The notes beneath the pieces are model-generated. The model ran no database searches. It was not told where the DNA came from and was given only the letters and a program-made list of their open reading frames with translations. Position numbers and translations under genes: made by a program. Below, piece after piece: positions 22,158 through 32,019 of a stretch of DNA of 64,000 nt (position 1 is its first letter; each line of letters starts with the position of its first letter). Source of the DNA: Scenedesmus sp. PABB004. Taxonomy: Eukaryota. The DNA lies in the NCBI GenBank assembly GCA_014905635.1, contig JABVCE010000002.1, forward strand, positions 682,001 to 746,000, written 5' to 3'.

Positions 22158-23486
22158 TCAGCCGGGCGCGGCCCTGGCCGCGCTGCCCGCACGCGGGGCC
22201 TTGGCCGCCGCGGCCGTCGCCGGCGCGAGCTGCGCCGCCGCCGCCGTCGCCGCCGCCGCCTCCAGCTGGCCGACGCGCGCCGCGAGCGCCGCCGCGCGCT
22301 GCGCGTAGTCCGCCGACAGGGCGCCGCGCACCTCCTCCAGCCGCAGCGCGACGAGCTTGTCCACCGCCTCGCCCAGGGACTGGGGCTTCTGCGGCCGCAC
22401 GGCGCGCGCGGCGCTGGCCAGCGAGGCCGTGTCGCGCAGCGGCCGCGACGGCAGCTCCTCGCGCCCCGCCGCCGTGTTCCGCCCGTGGCCGCCGCCCCGC
22501 CGCGCGCACCCGCTGCAGCTGCTCCGCGCGCGCCGCCGCCTCGGCCGCCGCCGCGTCCGCGCGCGCCGCCGCGGCCGCCGCCTCGGTGGCCTCCGCCTCG
22601 GCCGCTTCGCCCGCCACGCGCGCCGCCTCGCGCGCCGCGGCCTCGGCCGCGATGCGCGCCTGCCAGTCCGCCTCCGCCAGCGCCGCCTCCAGCGGCGGCG
22701 GCGCGACCGCCGACTCGACCTGCGGCCGCGCGGGCGACGGGCGTGAGCCGCGCTGCATGCGGCCAGCACCGGCGCCGGGCCCCGCGTGCGCGCCCGCGGG
22801 GCACGCACGAGCAGGTCGTGCGCGCGGTGCATGTGCGCCTGCTCGCGCGTCATCGCCAGCGCGTACGCCGCATAGTGCTGCAGCAGGCCGCGCGCAAACG
22901 CGCCCGCAAGGCCGTGCACCGCGTCGGCCGGCAGCGCCGGCGCCGGCGCCGCGCCGCAGAGCGCCAGCAGCCCCGCGCGCAGCTGCTCCTGCACCGCCTG
23001 CCGGCTCGCGCCGCCCGCGCAGCTCTCCAGCAGGCGCTGCGCCAGCCAGAGCACCGCGGCCGTCGCGCGCGCGCCCAGCTGCAGCTCGCGGCACGCCCTG
23101 CGCGGGCGCGGGCGCGGGCGTGGTGGGTGGTGGGTGGGTGGGTGGGTGGGTGGGCGGGTGGGTGGGCGCCAGTCCCGACCAGCGCGCGGGGGCGTCCGCG
23201 CGGCCGACCAGCGGCGCGCGGGGTCGCTCACGCCTGCACCGACGCCGCGTAGTCGAGCGTGATCGCGCTGCGGGCGTCGTGCCGAAACTCGGGGAGGCCC
23301 AGGGCCTCCGCCAGCAGGCTGCGCGGGGCGCGGCGGCGCGCGGCGCGTGGCGCGAGTGCAGGCCGCGCGCTGCGCGCCGGCGCCCGCGCCGCGCCGGCAC
23401 CCGGCGCACCCGGCCGCGGCGTCAGGCTCTGCGCACTCCACCGCCTCCAGGCGCGCGGGCTCCACCGCCTCCCAGCGCACGGCCAT
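22158..23486 (-). CDS. flagellar central-pair C1a-32/CFAP119-like protein, about 5 exons
   Basis: The spliced product MAVRWEAV...RSAITLDYAASVQ...AVHGLAGAFARGLLQHYAAYALAMTREQ...VESAVAPPPLEAAL followed by an A/E coiled coil resembles the C1a-32 family pattern (xxxHYxLYxxxxT...PPPLxxA). Confidence 0.6.
   Translation of the reverse strand: MAVRWEAVEPARLEAVECAEPDAAAGCAGCRRGAGAGAQRAACTRATRRAPPRPAQPAGGGPGPPRVSARRPQRDHARLRGVGAGVSDPARRWSAARTPPRAGRDWRPPTRPPTHPPTHHPPRPRPRPRRACRELQLGARATAAVLWLAQRLLESCAGGASRQAVQEQLRAGLLALCGAAPAPALPADAVHGLAGAFARGLLQHYAAYALAMTREQAHMHRAHDLLVRAPRARTRGPAPVLAACSAAHARRPRGRRSSRRSRRRRWRRRWRRRTGRRASRPRPRRARRRAWRAKRPRRRPPRRRPRRRARTRRRPRRRRARSSCSGCARRGGGHGRNTAAGREELPSRPLRDTASLASAARAVRPQKPQSLGEAVDKLVALRLEEVRGALSADYAQRAAALAARVGQLEAAAATAAAAQLAPATAAAAKAPRAGSAARAAPG
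23121..23166. repeat. intronic (GGGT)n microsatellite
   Basis: tggtgggtggtgggtgggtgggtgggtgggtgggcgggtgggtggg. Confidence 0.85.
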
Positions 23487-23922
23487 CGCGCTGGTCAGCG
23501 CGCGCGCGCCGCCGGCCGCGCCGCCGCTCCTGCGCCGCGCGGCCGCGCCGCCCGGTGCGAAACCGTGAGGGAGGCTGCCACGGGCACTCCTCCCGCCCGT
23601 CGCAGGGCCGGTCGCGCCAGGGCCCGCCCGCGGTCGGCGCGCCTGCTGCGTGCTGCTCCCTGCGGCGCCGCCGTGCGCGGGTTGCTTGCGAGCGTGGTCT
23701 CGACCTCCGACGCGCCTGGGCCGAGGAGCTGGGTCCGTGCGGTTTAGCGACGCTGCTGCTGCGGCGGCCCGTGCCCAAGGCGCCCGCCGCCGGCGCGCCC
23801 GCCCTCTTCCTAGCGCGCGCCGGCAGCCCCCGCGCTGTGTCAGCCAGCGCCCGCGCCCCCGCGGCCCGCCAGCGCGCCCCACCGCACGCCATCAGCCGGG
23901 CGGCAGCCCGCGGCGCGGCGCC

Positions 23923-25101
23923 ATGGCGGACAAGTCCTGCACCATCAGGACGCGCAAGTTCATGACCAACCGGCTGCTCCTGCGCCGCCAGTGCGTCGTG
24001 GACGTGCTGCACCCGGGGCGCGCCAATGTCTCCAAGAGCGAAATCAAGGACAAGCTCGCCTCCATGTACAACGTGCGCGACCCCAACGCCATCTTCGTGT
24101 TCGGCTTCCGCACCCACTTCGGTGGCGGCAAGTCGACGGGCTTCGGGCTGATCTACGACGACGTCAAGGCGGCCGAGAAGTTTGAGCCCAAGTACAGGTG
24201 CACCCGCGGCCCCCCGCGCCCCGCGCCGGCGCCCGGGGGACGGGCCGGGACCCCCGCAACGCGGGGCGCGCGCCGGCGGCGGCATGCGCGCGCCGGGCGG
24301 CGCGGCGGTGGCCGCGGCCGCCGGCGCCGCTGCTGCCGCCGCTGCTGCCGCGGCGGCGGCGCCGGCGCCGCCCCACGCCGGCGCGCGGCGCCCGGGCGCT
24401 GCCGGCGCCCGGGGCGGCGCGGCTGGCTGGCCCCTGGAGGGGGGGGGGGCAGCGCGCAGCGCACCGGCGGCAGCGGCGGCAGCGGCGGCGGCGCACGCAG
24501 CGCGCGCACGCGCGCGCGGACGAGCAGCGGCGGCGGCAGCGGCGGGCGGGCGCGGCGCCGCTGCCGCGCTGGGCTGCCCGCGCGGCTCCCGGGAAAGCAG
24601 CGGCGGTCGCTGCCGCTGTGCTGGCCCGGCTGCCCGCCCGGGCCCTGCCGGCGCCGGCGTGGGCGCGCAGCGGCCGGCGGGCGGGGCGTGCAGCTGGCGG
24701 CCTGGCCGGACGCGGCCCGCCACGCAGCAGCGGCCGCGGCCGGTGGCGCAGCGGCAGCTGCTAGACGCCCCGGGGGAGGGGGGGGGGCAAGCAGCCGGGC
24801 GTGCGTCCGCGTGCGCGCCACGTGCCGCGGCCGTGCGGGTGGCGGTGCTGCTGCCGCCGCCGCTGACGCGCGCGTGCGCGCGCCGCGCCCCGCAGGCTCG
24901 TGCGCCAGGGCCTGGCCAAGAAGACGGAGCGGAGCCGCAAGCAGCTCAAGGAGAAGAAGAACCGCGTGCGCAAGATCCGCGGTATCAAGAAGAACAAGAA
25001 GTGAGCGGCGCGGCGCGGCGCGGCGCTCGCAGCGGCGCCGCGCGGCGCGCGCGCCCCTGCCGACCGCCCGCCCGCCCCTGCCCTGCCCCGCCCGCAGCTG
25101 A
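23923..25101 (+). CDS. RPS24: 40S ribosomal protein S24 (eS24); exons 23923-24197 and 24896-25000/25004, possible final mini-exon 25098-25101
   Basis: [43 protein letters not shown]...[20 protein letters not shown]...EPKYR|LVRQGL...[17 protein letters not shown]. Confidence 0.97.
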   Translation: MADKSCTIRTRKFMTNRLLLRRQCVVDVLHPGRANVSKSEIKDKLASMYNVRDPNAIFVFGFRTHFGGGKSTGFGLIYDDVKAAEKFEPKYRCTRGPPRPAPAPGGRAGTPATRGARRRRHARAGRRGGGRGRRRRCCRRCCRGGGAGAAPRRRAAPGRCRRPGRRGWLAPGGGGGSAQRTGGSGGSGGGARSARTRARTSSGGGSGGRARRRCRAGLPARLPGKQRRSLPLCWPGCPPGPCRRRRGRAAAGGRGVQLAAWPDAARHAAAAAAGGAAAAARRPGGGGGASSRACVRVRATCRGRAGGGAAAAAADARVRAPRPAGSCARAWPRRRSGAASSSRRRRTACARSAVSRRTRSERRGAARRSQRRRAARAPLPTARPPLPCPARS

Positions 25102-25367
25102 GCGTCCCGCTCGGTTCGGCCGCGCGCGGAGGGAGCGGCGGTGCCTCGTGCTGGCGCGGCGCGGTGGGCGCGGCAGGGCCGCGCCGCGCGCTGGGCTGGG
25201 CGGCCGGCCGGCGCGGCAGCAGCGGCTGCCGCGGGCGACGGCGGCCAGTTTGCAGGGCGCCGCCACCGAGGGCGCAGCTGCACGCCGGGCCGGGGTAATC
25301 GTGGTTCTCGACCCGGGTGCGCGTCAGCCGGTCACACCAACTGCGGCGTATAGAAGACGCGGAGGGC

Positions 25368-26033
25368 CTACGCGCCACGGCCGTCGTCGCCCGCGAGCGC
25401 GACGCGCGCCCATGCCGCGAGCACCGCGCCCCGCAGCCGCCAGGCGTGGCGCGCCGCCGCGAGGCCGCTCTTGCCCTCGCGAGCGAGCAGCGCGGCCGCG
25501 TCGAGGCCCCGCGCCCGCGCCGCCGCGGAGCGCGGGCGCACCGCCAGCCAGGCCGCGTGCCGCCGGCGCAGCTCGGCTTCCGCGGCCGCGCGCGCGCCGG
25601 TCAGGCGCCGCCACTCGGCCAGCACGCGCGCCGCCGCGGCCCGCCGCAGGTGGCCCCGCGCGAGCCGTCGCCAGCCCCGCGCCGCGCGCAGCCGCGTGTA
25701 CTCGGCCGCCAGCGCCGCTGCGTCCTGCTGCTGCTGCTGCTGCCGCTGCTGCTGTGGGGGTTGCTGTGGGAGTTGCTGCGGGGGCTGCGGCGGCGTGACC
25801 GCGGCGCGCTCGGGCTGCGCTGGCGCGGCGCTCGCCTCCGGCGCTCCGTCTGAGCCTCCCGGCGCTCCTTCTACGCCGCCCTGCGCGCTGCGCCTGCTGC
25901 GACGAGCTTCCAGGACGCGCTCGATGGCGCCAAATTGACGCTGAGGCGCGCCGCCGCCGGCTGCGGACGCGGCCTGCCGCGACAGCAGCCCCGCCACGAG
26001 TGCCTCACTGCCGTCGCTCTCGCCCGGGGCCAT
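25368..26033 (-). CDS. hypothetical protein with Sfi1-like Trp-containing helical repeats
   Basis: Single open frame from ATG 26033 with periodic ARGWRRL, LAEWRRL, HAAWLAV, RHAWRL and LAAWARV segments. Confidence 0.5.
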   Translation of the reverse strand: MAPGESDGSEALVAGLLSRQAASAAGGGAPQRQFGAIERVLEARRSRRSAQGGVEGAPGGSDGAPEASAAPAQPERAAVTPPQPPQQLPQQPPQQQRQQQQQQDAAALAAEYTRLRAARGWRRLARGHLRRAAAARVLAEWRRLTGARAAAEAELRRRHAAWLAVRPRSAAARARGLDAAALLAREGKSGLAAARHAWRLRGAVLAAWARVALAGDDGRGA

Positions 26034-26198
26034 GCGAGCAAGCGTACGGCCGGTTTGTGTGCGGGGCGGGCGGGTCAAGGGCGACGCGGATAGTGGGCGG
26101 CGGCGGTCGAGCACGGCTGGCGGCATCAAGAGAGCGGATGAGACGGGACGGTTACCCGGTGCTGCACACCCTGGGCACGAGCAGGCCGTCTCCAGGTC

Positions 26199-26532
26199 TC
26201 ATCGCCGCTCGCGGCTGCGGCTGCGGCTCCGCCGGTGCCTGTCCCTGCTGCTGCCGCCGCGCTCGTCGACGTGGCGGTCCCTGCCGCCGCTGCGCGCACG
26301 CTCGCGCGACCGCTCGCGCGACCGCTCGCGCGACCTGCTGCCGCCGCCGCCGCCGCCGCCGCCGACGCGCTCATCGCAGCGCCGCTGCTCGTCGCGCTCG
26401 CGCGGCGCGGCGCCGTCCCTCCCGGGTGGCCGGGGCGGGCCGTGGCCGGCGGGCTGCTGCTGGCGCGGCGGGCTGCGGCTGGCGCGGCCGCGGCCGCGGC
26501 TGCGGCTGCGGCTCCTGCTGCGGCCCGCCTGC

Positions 26533-26564
<32 letters not shown>

Positions 26565-27504
26565 CGGCGCGCCGCCCGTGCCGGCGCCGGCGTTGGCGCT
26601 GCTGCGCCGCCGGCCGGGTCGCCGCACCTTGTCCCGCTTGCTGTGCTTGTTCTTCTTTTCCCGCTTCTCCTTCTTCTCCTTCTTGTGCTTGTGCGGCTTC
26701 AGGCCCCCGCCCTCGCCGCCGCCGTGCTGCCTCGCGGCCGCTGCCGGCGGCGCGGGCTGCGCCTCGGCGAGCAGCGAGAACAGCGAGCCCGGCGCCTGCC
26801 ACGCGTCGGCGAGCCGCCCGTCGCCGCTCGGCACCGCGTCGCGCGCCGCGACCACGGGCGGCGGCGACTCGCTGCGCCCCGCTGCCGCCCAGCCCGGCGG
26901 CACGGCTGCTGCGCCGCCGCCGTCGCCGGCTGCTGCCCGCTTGGGCGGCGGCTCGTCGGGGATGGCGTCCGGGTCCTCGCCCTCGAGCTGCGCGGGCGGG
27001 CGGGGCGCGGCGCGTGAGCGCGGCGGAGCGGGCGCCGTGCGCTGCGCGCGGCGCCGGGGCGGCGGCGGCGGTGGTGCTGCGGCCCCCGCCGCGGGCGCCT
27101 GCGCTGCGCCCGCGGCGCCTGCAGCAGCGGCGGCGGCGCGCCTCGGCCTTTCGCTTCTTGTAGTTGTCCACGTGCTCCACCCGGATCTTGCGCCCCGCCA
27201 CGGTGGAGCCGGAGAGGTTGTCCACCGCCAGCACGGTGCTGCGCTGGTCCTCGTAGGCCAGGAAGGCGAAGCCTTTGCTCTTGCCCGTCTCCTTGTCCCG
27301 CGCGAGGTGCACGTCCACCAGCTCGCCATACTGCGCGAACACGGCGAGCAGGTCGCCCTCGGTGAGGTCGTAGTCCAGGCCGCCCGCGAAGATGTAGGCG
27401 CTGTGCGCGTAGCGGGCATGCCAGGACGCCTTCTCGTTCAGGCCCAGCTCGATCTCGCGCTGCGTGATCTTCTGCGTGTTCTTGATCTGCGTGAGGGGAT
27501 TCAT
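26199..27504 (-). CDS. RBMX2: RES-complex RRM protein RBMX2/Snu17(Ist3) with K-rich and RS-rich tail
   Basis: MNPLTQIKNTQKITQREIELG...SWHARYAHSAYIFAGGLDYDLTEGDLLAVFAQYGE...RDKETGKSKGFAFLAYEDQRSTVLAVDNLSG...IRVEHV. GC-AG intron at 27141-26988. Confidence 0.95.
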
Positions 27505-27720
27505 GGCGCCCTCTGCGCCCGGCGGCGGGGCGCGGCGCGGCCGGAGCTGCCCGGGGCGGCGGCCGCCGCCGCTGCGGCCGCTGCGCCTGCCGCTGCTGGC
27601 GGCTGCTGCTGCTCGCGGGGCGGCGTGGAGGGCGGCGAGCGGTGAGGTGTGGTGATAGCAACAGCGCGGGGCGGCTGTCGGCGAGCGCAGACCGTCGCGG
27701 CGGCTCGTCAAACTCGCGGT

Positions 27721-27725
27721 TTACA
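27721..27725 (-). terminator. chlorophyte polyadenylation signal TGTAA
   Basis: TTACA on the + strand, about 100 nt downstream of the OPR gene stop at 27828. Confidence 0.55.
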
Positions 27726-27827
27726 CGCGCGCGCCGCTGCTGGGAGAGCCAGCGCGCAGCGCTCGCCGCCGCGCTGCCTATGTACACGCCCTCGCTCGCG
27801 GCGCCGGGCACGCCCACTAAACGCGCC

Positions 27828-30417
27828 TCACGCGAACAACTCGAGGCTCTGCATCGCCTCGGCCAGCTTGCCCTGCTGCCCGGGCGGCGCCTGGTCAGCC
27901 GCCGTGGGCTCGGCGCCCGCCGCGGCTGCGGGCGGCGCCGCCGCGCCATCGGCAGCCGCCGTCGCAGCCGCCAGTGGCGCTGCCGCGTCTGCAGCGGCAA
28001 CCGCCGCCGCCGCCGCCGCCGCCTGGGCCGCGCCGCGCGCGGCGCCAGCACCGGCGCCGGCAGCGCTGCCGCCGCCGGCGGCCGCGCCGCGCGCGGCGGC
28101 GGCGCTGGTCGGGCGGAACTGCAGCTCCGCCAGTGCGGCGCGCAGCTGCGCGAGCTGCGCGTAGGGCAGGGCGAGTGCGAGGCCGTCGATGAGCGCCTCG
28201 ACCTGCCCCGCGGCGGCGGGCGTCGGCACGTAGCGCATCGCGCGCAGCCCCGCGAGCAGCTTGAGCAGCTCGCCCGCGTCGGCCGGCGCCACGGCCTGGC
28301 CGGCGAGCGCGCCCATGAACGCGGCCATCCACGCCGGCGCCGGCTTGTACCCGACCGCGCCGAGCGCCGACACGAGCGCGGCCTGCTGGCCGAGGCTGAG
28401 CTCGGGCAGGTGGCCGTGCAGCGTGGCCATGAACGCGGCCATGAAGGCCGGCCCGGGGCGGTGCTGCTGCGCCGACAGCGCGTCCATGAGGCCCACGTGC
28501 TCCGGCGCGCTCAGGCCGGCCAGCGCCGCGCGCGCCTGCATGAGCAGCACGTCGATCCAGCCCGGGCTCAGCTCCACGCCGAGCGCGGCGGCGCCGGCGA
28601 GCACGCTCACGACCGCGCTCGGGCTGAGCGTCGCGCTGCCGCGCAGCACGTGGCCCAGCAGGCTGCGCAGCCACGCCTCGGACGGGCGGTGCTTCAGCGC
28701 GGCGACGCTCGCGACGACGTCGGCCGCCTCGCCCGGCCGCAGCGACGCGAGCGCGGCGCCGCCGACGCGGCGCTCGACCGCGGAGAGCACGTGCTCCGGG
28801 AGGCGGTACCCCATGCCCGCGAGGGCGGCGAGCATGCGCACGACGCTGCTGGGGCTGGCCGCGGGCAGCTGCGCCGCCATCTGGCGCACAAAGAGGTAGA
28901 GCCAGAGCCGGTCAGGCACGACGCGCAGCGCGGCGAGGCAGGTGATGACCGCCTCGAGCTGCCCCGGCGCGAGCGCGGGGTGCGCGCTGCGCGCGGACAG
29001 GTAGTGCTTGAACGTGGCCAGGAAGTGCTGCAGCCACGCGGCCGTGAGCACCGTGCCCGACCGCCGCGCCGCGGCGGGCGGCTCGGACCCTTCGGCCGCG
29101 GCGGCGGCCCCGCCGCCGGCGCCGCCCGGCGCCGGCGCCAGCGCCGGCGGCGCGGCGGCCGCCGCCGGCGCCGAGGGGCTGCTGTGCGACAGCTGCAGCC
29201 GCGGCAGCGCCGCGCCCGCGCGCGTCGCGGTCTGCGTGGCCGTGAGCAGCAGCAGCGCCAGCTCCGCCGGCGTGTAGTGCACGAGCTCGGTGCCCGCGTG
29301 CTGCAGCACCGCGCGCACCCAGGCCACGGGCGGGCGGAAGCGCAGGCGCTGCAGCATCGCCAGCAGCTGGCCCACCTCGGCGTGGTGCAGCGCGTGCAGG
29401 TGCGCGGCCGCCGCGGCCGCGAGGCCGCCCAGCAGCGCGTCCAGCGCGCCGCGCTGCGCCGCCGGCAGCGCGGACGGGACGCAGAGGCAGAGCTGCTGCA
29501 GCGCCGCCGCGACCTGCGGGTAGGTCAGCAGCGGCTGCGCCGCCGACCCCGGCTGCCCCGCCTGCTCCAGCGCCTGCTCCCACGCCCCGTCGTGCGCCTG
29601 CTCGGCGCCAGGCTGCGCCGCGGCCGCCGCCTCGGCCGCGTCGGGCACCGGAAGCTGGCCGCGCACGAGCGCCGCGACTTGCGACCAGTGCCGGCACTGC
29701 TGCAGCTCCGCCACGAACGGGTCGGCCGGCTGCTGCGGCTGCTGCTGCTGCTGCTGCTCTGCCTGCTGCGCCGCCGCCGCGGCAGGCGGCGCCGCCAGCG
29801 CCGCCGGCCGCGCGGCCTCCTGCGCCTTGGCCCACGGCTGCGCCAGCCACACGGCCTGCTGCTGCTGCGGCGCCCCGAGCGGCGGGAGGAGGGGCTGGCC
29901 GTCCTCGGTGAACGCTGGCACGGCGGCCACCTGGGCGGTCACGCGGCCCTGCGGGCGGGCGAGAGAGCGGCGGCAGCGGCTGCACGTGGGCGGTGGTTGC
30001 GGCGGCGCCGCCGCGCGGCGGTGCCTGCGGCCGCGCGGCGCCCCGCATGCGGGGCCCGCCGGGCCGAGGGGGGCTGCGCAGCGCGCTGGCGAGGACGGCT
30101 GGGCGCGCCGCGGGCCGCGCCGGCGCCGCGGCGCGCTGTGTGGCCGCGCCGCTGCCCGCGCACCTGCTGCGCCGCGTGGCGCGCCGCCGCGTGCGCCGCC
30201 GGCCTGCGAGGGCGGAGATCCGGGGCGCGCGGCGGCGTGAGGTGCGTCCCGCGGGGCGGGCGCGGCGCCAGGGCGGCCTGCCGAGGCGCAGGCCGGGCGC
30301 GAAACAGCGAGTGGCGCGGAGCAGCGAGCCGGCCCGCCCGACGCACCTGGGCGGCCTGGCGCTGCGGTGCGGCGCCAGGGGCTGGCTGCCACTGCGAGCG
30401 CTCGACCGCGCCTGCAT
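27828..30417 (-). CDS. octotricopeptide-repeat (OPR) helical RNA-binding protein, probably organelle-targeted
   Basis: About 38-aa repeats with PxxxW-type cores (RFRPPVAW, VVPDRLW, HRPSEAW, ELSPGW, HRPGPAF, YKPAPAW) and an R/S-rich N-terminus from ATG 30417. Exon structure at the 5' end is tentative. Confidence 0.8.
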
Positions 30418-30921
30418 GGCGACCGCCACGGCGCCCAGGCGCGGCGCGCGGCCTGCGATGATGGCGGGCTCCGCGCTGCGCGGAGGCCCGCCCGGCGGGG
30501 GCGCCGCCGCGGAGCGAGCAGGACGGCCGCGCTCAAGAATCGTGCAGCAGCGCCGGGCGCGGTGTGGTGAAGATGATGTGGTCTGTGGTGGGCCTGGCGC
30601 GCTGCTGCTGCTGCTCGCGCGTGCGTGGGGTGGCCCGACGACGTGAAAGCCGAGGCTGCGCAGCAGAGCAGAAGGCACGGCAGAGCAGCAGCAGCAGAAC
30701 AGGCTTTGTGACACAGACCGCGGAAAACAGGGCAGGCGATCGCTCTTCGGTCCATCGGCGTCGTCACAAGCATCAGGCGACAGCGGCAGAGCTCTGACCA
30801 CGCGGCGCGGCGGCGGGCGCGACAACAGCGGCGCACACGCGCGGGCCCCTCCGCCTGCAGCCCTTCAAGGGGGGTTGGCCCCAGAGAGAGCGCCGCCTTC
30901 CCGCTCGCCGTGTGCAGCCAC

Positions 30922-31740
30922 ATGGCGGCGGCTGCGGCCGCGGCGGCGGCCGCGGAGCACGCGGCGGGCCTGCGCGCCGCGCTGGCGGAGCTGCTGCCGC
31001 CCGTGCCAGCGCCGCACGCCGCCGGCGGCGGCAAAGGCGGCGACGGCACCGGCGGCGATGCCGCCGTCGCGGCGCAGGCCCGCGCGGCGGCCGCGCTGGC
31101 GGGCCTCGTCGCGGCCAACGCGGCGCTGCGCAGCGCGCTGTCCGCCGCCGTCGGCGGCGCGGGCGAGGACGAGGCGGGCGAGGCGTGCGCGGCACGCGCC
31201 GCGCTGCTCGACGCGCTGCTGGGCCAGCTCGACGGCGCGGCGCGCGGCCTGCGCGCGCGCCTGGACGCGGCGCACGGCCTGCTCGCGGCGCCGCCGTGCG
31301 GCGCGGCGCCGGGCGTGGTCCTGCGCTATGCGCACACGCTGCGGCACGGCTTTGCGCCGCTCGGCGCGGCGCCGGGGCTGTGGCAGGTCCCGCCGGCGCC
31401 GCAGGTGCCCTTCATGCTGCACTCGACGCTGCGCGCGTACAACATCGAGCTCGCGGCGCAGGCGGCCGCCGCCGGCGCGGGCGGGGGCGCGCCCGCGCCG
31501 GGGAGCGCAGCCGCGGCAGAGCAGCAGCAGGCGCAGCAGCAGGCGCAGCAGCAGGCGCAGCAGCACGCGCAGCCCGGCGGCGACGCGCCGGGCGCGGGCG
31601 ACGCGGCGGTCGCGGCGGCGCAGCGCGCGGCGGCGGCGGCGGCGCCGGCGATCTCGTTCGTGCTCAACGCCGACCTCGCGGGCCTGACCACGAGCGAGGA
31701 AGAGAGCGACTTCTCGGCTGACGACTACAGCGACGACTGA
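30922..31740 (+). CDS. MED4: Mediator subunit 4-like
   Basis: Helical N-terminus, then VVLRYAHTLRHGFAP...PPAPQVPFMLHSTL (matches plant MED4 YAHRIS...PPAPQxxxMRxSxL) and an acidic C-terminus SEEESDFSADDYSDD*. Confidence 0.75.
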   Translation: MAAAAAAAAAAEHAAGLRAALAELLPPVPAPHAAGGGKGGDGTGGDAAVAAQARAAAALAGLVAANAALRSALSAAVGGAGEDEAGEACAARAALLDALLGQLDGAARGLRARLDAAHGLLAAPPCGAAPGVVLRYAHTLRHGFAPLGAAPGLWQVPPAPQVPFMLHSTLRAYNIELAAQAAAAGAGGGAPAPGSAAAAEQQQAQQQAQQQAQQHAQPGGDAPGAGDAAVAAAQRAAAAAAPAISFVLNADLAGLTTSEEESDFSADDYSDD

Positions 31741-32019
31741 GTGCCGGCGGCGGGGCCGGGGAGGCGGATGGCGAGCGGCGGCCTGCGGGCGTGCCGCGGC
31801 GCGAGGCATGCGCGCGTGCGCGGCGTGCGCGGCATGCGCGGCGTGCGGTGAAACGCGACTGCTGACCTGCCGGCGCCGCTGCTGGTGCGGCGCAAACGCG
31901 CTGCCGGCTCGCGGCACATCGAGCACCCGTGCCCCCGCACCCCGCACGGCCCGCCGCGGGCCGCGGAGACGCGCCCATGGGCCGCGCGGCCGCCGCGTGA
32001 TTGCCGCCGACGCCGCGCG

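Noticed and set aside
24198..24895. Intron-hosted snoRNA in RPS24
   Set aside because: No C box (RTGATGA) with matching D box and no H/ACA layout could be seen.
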